DNA of 62,531 nt, filler included, from Candidatus Babelota bacterium (GCA_017999075.1; 10 parts of 10 records of this genome joined end to end with filler, not necessarily neighbours in it), one strand, 5' to 3'; counted from the first letter of the whole stretch, positions 27,513 to 38,030 are shown. Numbers and translations are program-made. The notes: generated by a model from the letters alone, not told the origin.

Positions 27513-29028
27513 TATTGATTATCCTGGAACACCTCAGGATAGTTCCGAATATTCAGAACTTGATAATATTGCCAAACAGCTTTATTCTCAAATTCCAGGT
27601 TCAAGTATTTCATCTGAGCATATGAATTCGGCAGGTGTACCCGTTACTTTCGATGACATAAAAAAAATGTTATTTTCCGATAATGCAGCATTTTGCAATT
27701 CAATATCCGGAATTTCTAACAGTACTATTGACAACAATAATTTTTTTGCAGGGTCGCCGAATTCAACAAGTTCATCTTCTCTTCCCGGATTATTTGATTT
27801 GAAAAATATCAGAAATGATTTTCCTATATTAAATCAAAAGATAAATGGCAGAGATTTAATCTGGTTTGATAATGCGGCGACAACTCAAAAACCCAGGCAG
27901 GTAATTGAAACACTTAAAAATTATTATGAAAATGACAATTCAAATATCCATCGCGGCGCACATACACTGGCAAAAAGATCAACAGACAGATACGAAGCTG
28001 CTCGCGAAAAAGTGCAATCTTTTATTGGAGCTAAATCAAAAGATGAAATAATTTTCTTGAGAGGTACAACTGAAGCAATAAATCTTGTTGCTCAGTCATA
28101 TGGCAGAAAATATATTGGAGAAGGCGATGAAATACTGGTAACAAATCTTGAACATCATTCCAATATTGTTCCTTGGCAGATGCTTGCTCAGGAAAAAAAA
28201 GCCATTATAAAAGTTATACCTGTAAATGATAACGGCGATATTATGCTTGAAGAATATGAGCGGTTATTGAATTCAAAAACAAAAATTGTGGCTGTAACTC
28301 ACGTATCAAATTCAATCGGTTCAATCGTACCTGTTGAAACAATGGTTGAATCAGCACATAAGTATGGAGCTAAAGTTTTAATTGACGGAGCTCAGTCTGT
28401 TCCGCATTTCAGAGTAAATATGCAAAAAATCAATCCTGATTTTTATGTTTTTTCAGGACACAAACTTTTCGGTCCAACTGGAATAGGAGTATTATACGGA
28501 AAATCTGAACTGCTTAAAGAAATGCCTCCTTGGCAAGGCGGCGGAAGTATGATAAAATACGTTTCATTTGACAGCACTGTTTATAATGATATACCCCAAA
28601 AATTTGAAGCTGGAACAAACAATATAGCAGGCGCTATAGGATTAGGCGCAGCAATTGATTATTTAAACAACATAAATTTTGAATGGGCTTCAATGTATGA
28701 GCAGGAATTAATGGCGTATGCTACTAACTCATTGTCATCATTAAATGGATTACACCAAATAGGAAAATCTTCCCATAAAATAGGAGTTATTTCTTTTATA
28801 ATAGACGATTTTAAACCTGAAGAAGTAGGCAAATTCCTTGATCAAGAAGGAATAGCTGTACGTGCAGGACATCATTGCGCTCAGCCTACAATGCAGAGAT
28901 TCAACGTAACAGGTACTGTCAGGCCATCTTTTTCATTCTATAATACGCGGGAAGAAATAGATATTTTAGTCAGCTCATTAAAACGTATGATTAACCGTAA
29001 AACAAAAAAAACATTATTTGATTTTTAA
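27499..29028 (+). CDS. SufS-type cysteine desulfurase with N-terminal cargo-loading extension (encapsulin cargo)
   Basis: About 95-aa Ser/Asn-rich extension, then DNAATTQKP, FSGHK (PLP Lys), RAGHHCAQP. ATG 27499 overlaps the encapsulin end. Confidence 0.93.
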   Translation: MNINNIDYPGTPQDSSEYSELDNIAKQLYSQIPGSSISSEHMNSAGVPVTFDDIKKMLFSDNAAFCNSISGISNSTIDNNNFFAGSPNSTSSSSLPGLFDLKNIRNDFPILNQKINGRDLIWFDNAATTQKPRQVIETLKNYYENDNSNIHRGAHTLAKRSTDRYEAAREKVQSFIGAKSKDEIIFLRGTTEAINLVAQSYGRKYIGEGDEILVTNLEHHSNIVPWQMLAQEKKAIIKVIPVNDNGDIMLEEYERLLNSKTKIVAVTHVSNSIGSIVPVETMVESAHKYGAKVLIDGAQSVPHFRVNMQKINPDFYVFSGHKLFGPTGIGVLYGKSELLKEMPPWQGGGSMIKYVSFDSTVYNDIPQKFEAGTNNIAGAIGLGAAIDYLNNINFEWASMYEQELMAYATNSLSSLNGLHQIGKSSHKIGVISFIIDDFKPEEVGKFLDQEGIAVRAGHHCAQPTMQRFNVTGTVRPSFSFYNTREEIDILVSSLKRMINRKTKKTLFDF

Positions 29029-29130
29029 CTTCAGTTTGGATATTTCGTATATACGGGTTAATAAATCGTGATTTGATTGAGGATTCATTTATCAAAGGGT
29101 ACATACACCAACCCATAACCAATCGTCTTT

Positions 29131-29898
29131 TTATTTAAATAATACATAATTTATATTAAACATTAATTTGATAGTGCATTTCGTATCTATTATTGGACTA
29201 TTAGAAATTTTATCAGTTAAATATTCAAAACCAGACAATATATTACAACTTAATTTATTGGTAATATTATATGAGTAAATCAAAGATAGTGAAGGAATAA
29301 ATACACCAGGTACTTTATAATTATTTCTGTATGTTGACATTTCACCTTGTTCAACTCCATAGTAATAATTTGCAAATTCACTATTTAAATAGTTAATACT
29401 AATTTGAGGAATTAAAATTGATTTTTTATTTAAAAATATTATTTTAGTACTATCTAATCCAAATATAAAACCTTTGTTTCTATTTGAAATGTCAAAACTT
29501 ATTTTGGGAGTAACAGAAAAATTATATTCTTTCAAATGACAATCATACTGAATTCCTAAATGAATTGAATTTTTCCTATCTTTCATTCCATTTAAAAAGA
29601 AAATATCGTTTGATTTATATCCGTTCATAATATAATCAAAATATATCAGCATAGGTTTTTTATTAATTTTAATTCCTAATTCAGTTCCTTTTAAATATAA
29701 ATTTTTATAAGAAAATTGAATTATCGGAAATATAAATAAATCTTTTTTCTGAGATTTATATAGTGATGATTTAACTCCAGTAATTATCCCTGCAGATAAT
29801 TGATTTGACTGAAAAGATTCTTCAGAAATAACTTTATTGCTGAATAATAATAAAATAATAATAATTTTAATTGCCGATGATTTAATATACTTTTTCAT
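29131..29898 (-). CDS. MipA/OmpV-family outer-membrane protein
   Basis: Signal peptide; LNGMKDR, FANYYYGV, ISNSPII. Confidence 0.75.
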   Translation of the reverse strand: MKKYIKSSAIKIIIILLLFSNKVISEESFQSNQLSAGIITGVKSSLYKSQKKDLFIFPIIQFSYKNLYLKGTELGIKINKKPMLIYFDYIMNGYKSNDIFFLNGMKDRKNSIHLGIQYDCHLKEYNFSVTPKISFDISNRNKGFIFGLDSTKIIFLNKKSILIPQISINYLNSEFANYYYGVEQGEMSTYRNNYKVPGVFIPSLSLIYSYNITNKLSCNILSGFEYLTDKISNSPIIDTKCTIKLMFNINYVLFK

Positions 29899-29967
29899 TT
29901 TAGTTTTAAGGATATTACTGATAGATCGCCATCACATTACAGAAATTTTCAAAAAAAATATTTTCAA

Positions 29968-31017
29968 TCAATTATTTTTATATTTCAGTTTCTTATTATT
30001 TAACTTCCATAATTTTTCAAAATAATCATTAAAAAATGAAGCAGTAATATCAGTTTTAACGAGTAAATTCGCTTCATTATACTGCATCATGGCTCCGTAT
30101 CCCCAATTAGTTGAACCTAAAACAACTATATCGTCAACTATAAGTAATTTGGCATGCGTTATTTCTTTAAGCGGGTCAAACCTAACTTCAATTTTATTTT
30201 CTTTCAAATATTCCGCAACTTCATAATTATATTTGTTGATCAAATCATTGTAGTCGCTTTGTTCCATCATAACTCTGACTTTTACACCGCGAGCTTCAGC
30301 AGATATCAAAGCGTTCAATAATTTATTAATTGGGGAATTTGAAGATTTAGCATCAGAAATTCTCAAACCATACATATAAAGATTTATATATTTATTTGAA
30401 TCTGAAATCAATTTTAATACGCGAGGAAAATAATTTCTATTGACAATTGGTTCGGCATTTTCAAGTTTTACCAAATTCAATTCAGGATCTTTTGAAGAAT
30501 CATCCCATAATTTATCAAAGTATTCGGAATAATATAATGCAAGTTTTTCGTTTTTAAATAAAACATTAGTTTCGTTATTATGTAATATTGATTTATAACT
30601 TAAATTTGTAGAACCAAGCATAACTTTTTTGTTGTCGAAAATATACATTTTGCAGTGTGTTTTTCTTGCTTCCATATCAAATTTAAAATTTATTTTTAAA
30701 TTTTTATTTATCTTTTCAAAAGTTTTTTCAGATTTATCTCTGAGTTCAGATTCACAAAGAATATTTATTTTTACGCCGCGAGCAGCAGCTTTATTAAGAG
30801 CATCCACAATTTTAAAAATAACTTTATCATTATTAAATTCAAAATGAACAATCTTAATTGATGATTTCGAATTTTTGATTTCGTTAAATAAAACATCAAG
30901 ATAATTATGTTTGGTAACAGGAATTATGTCGCTGTCAGTTAAAACATCCGCAGCGCCGCAATAATTTTTTGATACAAAAAATAATAAAAATAACAGAAAC
31001 AAAAACATTTTTTTCAT
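29968..31017 (-). CDS. Exported phospholipase D-superfamily protein (two HKD domains)
   Basis: HCKMYIFD...GSTN and HAKLLIVD...GSTN; signal peptide. Confidence 0.88.
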   Translation of the reverse strand: MKKMFLFLLFLLFFVSKNYCGAADVLTDSDIIPVTKHNYLDVLFNEIKNSKSSIKIVHFEFNNDKVIFKIVDALNKAAARGVKINILCESELRDKSEKTFEKINKNLKINFKFDMEARKTHCKMYIFDNKKVMLGSTNLSYKSILHNNETNVLFKNEKLALYYSEYFDKLWDDSSKDPELNLVKLENAEPIVNRNYFPRVLKLISDSNKYINLYMYGLRISDAKSSNSPINKLLNALISAEARGVKVRVMMEQSDYNDLINKYNYEVAEYLKENKIEVRFDPLKEITHAKLLIVDDIVVLGSTNWGYGAMMQYNEANLLVKTDITASFFNDYFEKLWKLNNKKLKYKNN

Positions 31018-31080
31018 AAAATTACACCTTTTATAATTAATAAAGAATTTATAATTTTATATCAATATGGAATGAATTTA

Positions 31081-31340
31081 CTATTTTTTATTTTTAAAAA
31101 TCTCAGGAATTTTATTTTCAACTCCGTTAATTATTCGTATTATATTGCTTTTATGCTTCACCACTATTATTAAAGCTAATATGACTGACAGAATTTTCAA
31201 CTGTAAAGGTTGGTTCCATATATATGTAAAAATCGGATATGTCAAAGCAGCTATGATAGAACCAAGAGAAACATAACGGGTAGCTGCCAGTGTAATCAAA
31301 AACACAAGAATTGTAAAAAACATAGGAACAGGACTTACTG
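31081..31340 (-). CDS. plsY: Glycerol-3-phosphate acyltransferase PlsY, C-terminal part
   Basis: TRYVSLGSI, KHKSNIIRIINGVE. Confidence 0.88.
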
Positions 31341-31578
31341 NNNNNNNNNNNNNNNNNNNNNNNNNNNNNNNNNNNNNNNNNNNNTTAATTAATTAANNNN
31401 NNNNNNNNNNNNNNNNNNNNNNNNNNNNNNNNNNNNNNNNACTGCTTCTTTAAAAAAAAATCTTTTATTTTTTACAAAACCTTTTTTTGATTAGTTTTTT
31501 TGATGATTTAATCTGAATATTTGAATTGTTGATAATCCAGCAACTTTACTTTAAATTCGTGAAATATTTGGGTTAAAT

Positions 31579-31620
31579 AAAAAAAATAATATTATTTCCT
31601 TTCGTATAAGGAAATAATAT
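31579..31620 (-). terminator. Probable intrinsic terminator
   Basis: ATATTATTTCCTT / AAGGAAATAATAT 13-bp stem followed by a T run on minus strand. Confidence 0.55.
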
Positions 31621-31692
31621 ATACAATAAAGTAAGTTGTTAAGTGAAAAAAAATTAAACAATTGCAAAAATAATACTTTTTTAATTTATTTT

Positions 31693-33204
31693 CTATCTTG
31701 ATTTTAACTGTATGCGCGATTTTAATTTTTGATTTTCGCGGCTTGCAGGATTTATTTTAAGCGCTTCGTTTATTTCAACAAGCGCCTTATTATAATCTTT
31801 GAGTTTATAATTAATAACTGCCGCGTTATAATAAAGCGCGTCATTATCGGCATCTATACTTTTAAGTTTTTCAATATCTTTTAGCGCGTTATTGAAATCT
31901 GACGCATTAACGCTTTTACTAATTTTTTCAAACTGCATTTCCGACAATTGCGTTCTTAATAATTGAATTGTTTTCTCTAATTTTTCTATGGTCGGCCGAT
32001 ATTTATCAGCGTCGCTTAAAAGCTCGCCGTATTTTAAATTTGAAAACGCGTATTGCTTTTCAAGTTCTGCTAATTTATTTGCGTATTCAGCATTTTCTTC
32101 TTTTAATAAAAGCATTTCTTTGTCTTTATTATTTGACGCCGCAATAAAATTATTATACTCAAGCGTTACTTTACTAATATCCAATTTCAACTGCTGTATT
32201 TGGTTTTCCAAATCCGAATTTTTATTTTTATATTCATCAACAATAGAATATTGAATTTTCAACTGCTGATTAATATTAACAATTTCTTTTTCCATATTTT
32301 GATTTTCAATTTGAAAATCAGATATTTGTTTTTCAAGTATGGCGTTTTTTTCAACAATATTTTCAAATTTATTTGTAATTGTTTGATTCTCGGTTGCCAA
32401 TATAATATTTTTTTGTTTTTCAATTGCGTTTAATTGCAATTCATTTTGTAATTTGTTTTCTAACTCTGTCTTCATTAAAAACATCTTTTTTAAATCAGTC
32501 TCAAGTATTTTATTTTCTTCAACCAGCGAAATATTCTTCCGCTTTTCAGCGGCGCTTGTCTGCTTTTCGTCCTCAAGCTGTTTTTCCAACTTTGATTTTT
32601 CATCAATTATTACATTATATTTTTTATTCAATATTTCAATAACATTAGTCATATCTTCAAGTTCAACTTTCAATTTATCGTTTATTTCTTCTGATTTGAC
32701 TAATTGTTCCTGAATTTTTGTATCCATATCATTCTTAACATAAACAATTTTCTCGACTTCATTTTCGATAACAACGGTATCAGTATAAACAAGCGTTTCA
32801 ATCTTTTTTTCAACTATAACAGGTTCAATTATTTTTTCCAAAATTTCAAAAAATGAACTATCGGAAAAGTCAATACCAGTATTTTTTTTTTCGCCAACAC
32901 GCCAAAAATATCTGCCGGCCGAAAAAAGAACAATATTTTCTTCAATCTGATCATCAAGCAAATATGTTTCTTTACGATATACTAACGGATTAAATTCAGT
33001 ATCTTTAGACACTTCAAGAATATACTGCGTATTTTGATTATCTGAATTCCAGATAAAATTAATTTCGGCGGCTGTCATTGCGATTTTTTCAACCGGAAAA
33101 ATTAAAACCGGCGCCGTATAAGCAGCCGCTATATTCAAGAACAGCAGCATAAAAAAAACAAATAATAAATTAAATGTTTTATTGCAATTTTTTGTTTTTT
33201 TCAT
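31693..33204 (-). CDS. Exported protein: Ig/Fn3-like domain, long coiled coil, C-terminal TPR
   Basis: Signal peptide; YILEVSKDTEF...GRYFWRV; heptad-rich middle; ALYYNAAVINYKLKDYNKALVEINEALKINP. Confidence 0.7.
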   Translation of the reverse strand: MKKTKNCNKTFNLLFVFFMLLFLNIAAAYTAPVLIFPVEKIAMTAAEINFIWNSDNQNTQYILEVSKDTEFNPLVYRKETYLLDDQIEENIVLFSAGRYFWRVGEKKNTGIDFSDSSFFEILEKIIEPVIVEKKIETLVYTDTVVIENEVEKIVYVKNDMDTKIQEQLVKSEEINDKLKVELEDMTNVIEILNKKYNVIIDEKSKLEKQLEDEKQTSAAEKRKNISLVEENKILETDLKKMFLMKTELENKLQNELQLNAIEKQKNIILATENQTITNKFENIVEKNAILEKQISDFQIENQNMEKEIVNINQQLKIQYSIVDEYKNKNSDLENQIQQLKLDISKVTLEYNNFIAASNNKDKEMLLLKEENAEYANKLAELEKQYAFSNLKYGELLSDADKYRPTIEKLEKTIQLLRTQLSEMQFEKISKSVNASDFNNALKDIEKLKSIDADNDALYYNAAVINYKLKDYNKALVEINEALKINPASRENQKLKSRIQLKSR

Positions 33205-34702
33205 ATAAAATTCTTTTCCCATCTTTATCAAACCCTTTCACCGTATAATAATATTCGACGCGATTATCGTCAATATCAATTTTAAATTCATCAGTTTCAA
33301 TTATTTGTTTGTGATACGGTTTTTTCATATCAGAACTTTTATATACTTCAATAATTACTATCTCGCTTTCATTCCTGTCAAATTTCAGATTCACGGTTTT
33401 AAAAACCGAAAATTCCGGAGCAGTCCGCCAATCACTTATATCATTAGTTGTATTTTCAATTATTCTATAACGCCAGAAATACTTGCCGTAATCTAATTTG
33501 ACTGAATATTTATCAGCTCTTACAAAATAATTTAAAATATTTGCGTCATCAAAATTTTCTGTATTACAAATTTCAATTTCAACCGCATTACTGTCAAAAT
33601 TATTTATAATAAAATTAACATCTTCTTCTGCAGATATTTTATTTTTTTCTAATGAAACTATGGTAATAATATCTTTCCTAACAGGTATGAATCTTGTAAT
33701 TTTTTCAGTTATTTTAGGTTGAATTGTTTTATCAGTTGTAACAGCGGTTGACTTTTCAGTCAAGTTTTCTTTTTTTATATGCGCGGCAACAGGAAATTTG
33801 CCAAAATTATAAGCGAAGGTAATCTTATGCGAATTATCAAAATATTCATATGGAATATACGCGTAATTAATATCAATACCATTCGTTAAATTCAAATCAA
33901 ACCCGAGCGAAAAGCCGCGGCTCGCGTCATTTGCGCCGTCAAGTCCGCATCTGATTTTAAATATATTATTCAAATTATATTCTGCGCCTATAAAAATATT
34001 TTCATCCTGATTGCGTATTTTTTCTATATCCAAAAATAAACCGAGCCGTTCATCAAAAATATAATACGACGCGCCCAATCTAACAAGCAGCGGCAAGTCT
34101 TCGCTTTTAGTCTGATATTTAATTTGACTGCCGATATTCTGTAATGTCACTCCAATCGCAACTGAATATTCTTTCAGTAAATATAAAGCTCCTAAATCAA
34201 TAGCCACAGCATTCCCACTATGACTTTCAAGTTTTTCATTAAAAAATTTTAAACCAACGCCAGTATAAACATCGCCGATTTTAGGCGTGCCGAGATAACA
34301 CTTAACAAGATAACTTTTAGCTGAAAAACTGCCGCCGGCTGAACTATAAGTTGTTCTATCAAAATCGCCGTAATCAAAATAATTTAAACCAAAATAATAT
34401 CTGTGATCTTTATAATTATTAATAAAACTAATATTTTTCTGACTCATAGATTCGAGATATTCATTATGCGAAAATCCGATTGTTTTATTTTTTAAAAGCG
34501 ACAAATACGCCGGATTAAGTTGGATAAACTGCCAATTAGGTTTTAATAGGCCTGCGCCTGCATTTCCTGAAGCATTAATTGCCGCTTCAGGATATACAAG
34601 CAACGCCTCACCGGAATTTGCGCCCGCGCTGCCGCTGGCAAATAATAAACAAGGTATTAAAATTAATAACATCAAAATTCCTAATGTTTTTTTCATATTC
34701 AT
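33179..34702 (-). CDS. PorV/PorQ-like barrel with C-terminal Ig/Fn3-like extension
   Basis: NPAYL, HNEYL, DLGALY, NIGSQIKY, INYAYIPY...HKITFAYNF, then EIEIC...GKYFWRY. Confidence 0.78.
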   Translation of the reverse strand: MNMKKTLGILMLLILIPCLLFASGSAGANSGEALLVYPEAAINASGNAGAGLLKPNWQFIQLNPAYLSLLKNKTIGFSHNEYLESMSQKNISFINNYKDHRYYFGLNYFDYGDFDRTTYSSAGGSFSAKSYLVKCYLGTPKIGDVYTGVGLKFFNEKLESHSGNAVAIDLGALYLLKEYSVAIGVTLQNIGSQIKYQTKSEDLPLLVRLGASYYIFDERLGLFLDIEKIRNQDENIFIGAEYNLNNIFKIRCGLDGANDASRGFSLGFDLNLTNGIDINYAYIPYEYFDNSHKITFAYNFGKFPVAAHIKKENLTEKSTAVTTDKTIQPKITEKITRFIPVRKDIITIVSLEKNKISAEEDVNFIINNFDSNAVEIEICNTENFDDANILNYFVRADKYSVKLDYGKYFWRYRIIENTTNDISDWRTAPEFSVFKTVNLKFDRNESEIVIIEVYKSSDMKKPYHKQIIETDEFKIDIDDNRVEYYYTVKGFDKDGKRILYEKNKKLQ

Positions 34703-34765
34703 ACTCTCCAGTTATAAAAACAATTTTTTATATGACTACACACCGCATAAAACGGATTTTTTTTT

Positions 34766-35217
34766 ACCACGAATCCAACAAATTTTACGAATCAATTTAT
34801 AAAAGTATTCTTTCATATTTTAATTCTGTATGTTCACCAAAATTAACAATTATACCAAGTTTATTTTTTGTTGCTTTCAGATAATTAAAGACCTGCGCTT
34901 TATGCTCATTTAATATTGCCGATACAGCTTTAATTTCAACTATTATCTTATCATAACAAATAAAATCCGGCTTATATTTCTGTTTTAATTTTCGATCTTT
35001 ATAATATATAATCAATTCTGTTTGTGGAATATAAGGGATATGTTGCTCAGAAAATTCTATTTCAAGACATTCTTGATATACACTTTCTAAAAAACCACCA
35101 CCCATTTGATTATAAACTTCGAAACAAGCTCCAATTATTTTATAACTCTCGTCCTTAAATAACACTTTTGTCATCATAATCTCCAAAATTATTCGTTAAA
35201 TTCGTTAGATTCGTGGT
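34766..35217. repeat. 27-bp inverted repeats bracketing the GxxExxY gene
   Basis: ACCACGAATCCAACAAATTTTACGAAT (34766-34792) versus reverse complement of 35191-35217, ACCACGAATCTAACGAATTTAACGAAT: 24/27 identical. Confidence 0.85.
34797..35177 (-). CDS. GxxExxY protein (PD-(D/E)xK nuclease-like)
   Basis: GGGFLESVYQECL, KPDFICYDKIIVEIKA, AQVFNYLKAT, GIIVNFG. Confidence 0.93.
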   Translation of the reverse strand: MMTKVLFKDESYKIIGACFEVYNQMGGGFLESVYQECLEIEFSEQHIPYIPQTELIIYYKDRKLKQKYKPDFICYDKIIVEIKAVSAILNEHKAQVFNYLKATKNKLGIIVNFGEHTELKYERILL

Positions 35218-35234
35218 TATTAATTTTCAAAATA

Positions 35235-37603
35235 TTATCTGACAATTACAAATTTTCCTGTTTTATGACCTGTCGGCGATGTAACTACAAACAAATAAAC
35301 GCCGCTCGCTACTTCTCTGCCCGCGTCATTTTTGACATCCCATTGATACTTGTTTGATGTAGTATTATTCAATGATTTTTCCGTTACCAGCGCGCCGCGC
35401 AAAGTATAAATTTTTATAGTCGCATTTGCCGGCAGATTATCAAAAATAATACCGCTATTAGCATTGCCGCTAAAATAATTTCTGCCGGTTTCATCAATGT
35501 CGTCATTAGGTTTAAACGGATTCGGACGAACAATTACATTTGCCGCGTTAACGCTTGGCGCTGTGCTGGTCAGCATAAAAAACGATAAATGATTCGCTTT
35601 CGCTTTTACGGTTTTCTTTTCTTTATTATTTTCTATTATCTCGCATTCTTCCCATGTTTCAGTTGTGGTTGAATATGTCATCAGTTTAATTTCATTTTCG
35701 CGGATATTTGTCCCATCGATAACACCGTCGTTATTTGCATCCGCATAACTTAATTCAATCTCCATTGTTTTTCCGTTTGCGAAAGTATTAAACTGCGAAT
35801 CGCCGGTAGTTAAATTTATTTCTATCGGCATAGAAGCGAGTTCGCGGTTTAAAACATTTAACGCCTGTTCTACATCGCTATCATTCTGACTGCGCTGCTG
35901 TATTTGTAACTGCAAATTTGCGGGCTGTGTTTCCGCGCCGAGAATATTCTGCGCAACTGTTACGCCGACCTTATTTTTATTGCCTTTTTCATCAACGCCT
36001 GCAAGCGTAATATTCGCAGTATCGTCTGCAGCAAGCTTCGCAGTTGTTTTTGCTTTATTATCTGATGTTTTTTCGTCTTTCTTCGACCAGTTTAAATGGT
36101 CAATATCAAAATTCTGCATATCGGCGACAACAAAAGTTTCTGAATTATCTGCAGCCGTATAATAAACTTTTATACGCGTCATATACGCGCCAGACGGATA
36201 TGCGCTTAAATCCGCTGTTACTACCCACGGATGCGAAACCGCCGGATTCGGAAAATTCGTCAAATCATTCGATGTAATAGTCTGCCATTCATAAAGTTCC
36301 GGTTCTGATTCCACATCTGTAGAATTATCCTGCGCTTTTGCAATTTCAAATTCTACTTTCAAACTAAGATTTTGATAATTTTTTGAACGGCTGCCGCGCT
36401 GTGAAATATAAATTTTATGTCCTTCGTTTGGTATCAACGGAACAGTAGCAGTCCATAAATAACCGCTGTCAACTATACCCCCGTAATTTAAATTATGAAT
36501 ATTTGGATCGCCAGAATTATTCTGTCTAATACCTACAAAATTCTCGTCTAAAAATATAAAAGGGCTGATTTCTGTAGTATAAACATTAACAATCGTCTGA
36601 TTGCCGGCGTCTATAAATTCAACATAATCATTCGGATTACCTTTTTTGGCAGGGTCTTCTTTTGCCGCATTTTTTATATGCGCGCGCGGCATCCATTTAT
36701 TAGTTTCAAATATTTTCTCAACAAGTTCGGACGCTTCGGCGATAAAACTATAATTGTTGCCGCTCACCGCCTGATTCTTTTCCGGCGAAGCAATCTTTAT
36801 TTCAGGCAATTCTACTGGTTTATAATAAATCGGTCTAACAACAAGTATATCCTTATTTTTTTCTTCAACTCCTAAATTATTTTTTGCTCTCACCACAAAC
36901 CGATAATCAGTATCAGTCAAATTTGTTATAACAAAAAATAAACTGTCAGAATATAAAACGCTGTCTCCTGAAAGAACAGAAAGCGGCGCATCAAAATTCA
37001 TTATGCCAGTTCCGCTATCCCAATATAATCTGTTTTCAATAATATTTTGGCTTACTGATTTATCCCACTCTAATTTGCCGGTAAAATTTTTATAATCAAT
37101 AAATCTAATATTCCCCGGCGCTTCAGGCATATTGCTTATTATCCGCAATTCAGCCGGAGCCGATGTATTGATGAGCAATGTATCAACATAAAGCTTTGAA
37201 ACAAATTGCAGCAGTTCGCCTGCAATTCCGCTATTGCTGTCAATCTGAACTTCCAGATAAATATCAATCGCCGTATCAGAATATATCTTATCAATATCAA
37301 ACAATAATCGGGTTTCAAACCCGGTGTTTGTAATACTGACAGGCGCAGGATACGCGCTGCCGGTTTTATATGAAGAATAACGCGGCAGAATTATTTCAAT
37401 CTTAGTTTTATTTAAATCGCTTGATTCAAGATTTACAGTTTTCACATTTAATGTTACGATATCGTTAGGGAAAGCTTCTTTATTTGAAGTTATCTGCGGT
37501 CTATTATTTTCCAGTTGAGTTCTCGTATTTTTCACAACATTTTTATCAACCGGATAATCATACCAGTTAATTTTTGAATTGTATCCGCTTAACCGCCAAT
37601 CTT
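35235..37603 (-). CDS. Large multi-Ig/Fn3 surface protein with HLS-motif domain and T9SS-like CTD, 5'-truncated
   Basis: Open to contig edge; Fn3-like YRFVVRAKN; SYADANNDGVIDGT...ANHLSFF; VRPNPFKPND...IKIYTLRG...WDVKNDAGREVASGVY...KFVIVR. Confidence 0.82.
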
Positions 37604-37703
37604 NNNNNNNNNNNNNNNNNNNNNNNNNNNNNNNNNNNNNNNNNNNNTTAATTAATTAANNNNNNNNNNNNNNNNNNNNNNNNNNNNNNNNNNNNNNNNN
37701 NNN

Positions 37704-38006
37704 CATGGATACCATCATCAGGATTGGAGCCGTGCAGAAGCTGAGATAAAAGCTGAACTTGAAAAATCTTCGATTTCTCAGGTTGCTGCAAAACAAGAAG
37801 CTGAAGTTGAAAAAAAAGTTGAACAAGAAAAACCAGTTCAGAAATCAACTGTAAAAACAGAAAAAAAATCTGCTGAAAAATCTGAAGCGGATAAGAAAAA
37901 AACTGCGGTTATAAAAAAATCTGCTGAAAAAAAAGCATCGCTTAAACCAATTTCAAATTTGAAAATTGCAAAAAAATCTACTAAAAAAATAAGTAAACTT
38001 TTTTAG
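37704..38006 (+). CDS. DUF2934-like protein C-terminus with Lys/Ala/Glu-rich tail, 5'-truncated
   Basis: Not in ORF track: HGYHHQDWSRAEAEIKAEL...KKSAEKKASLK...ISKLF*. Confidence 0.6.
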   Translation, partial: HGYHHQDWSRAEAEIKAELEKSSISQVAAKQEAEVEKKVEQEKPVQKSTVKTEKKSAEKSEADKKKTAVIKKSAEKKASLKPISNLKIAKKSTKKISKLF

Positions 38007-38030
38007 CGGAGTTGTGGTTTATGCGGTTAC

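Noticed and set aside
29968-31017. PLD as a restriction or anti-phage nuclease
   Set aside because: Signal peptide and envelope/lipid neighbours (plsY, MipA); no MTase or helicase on the contig.
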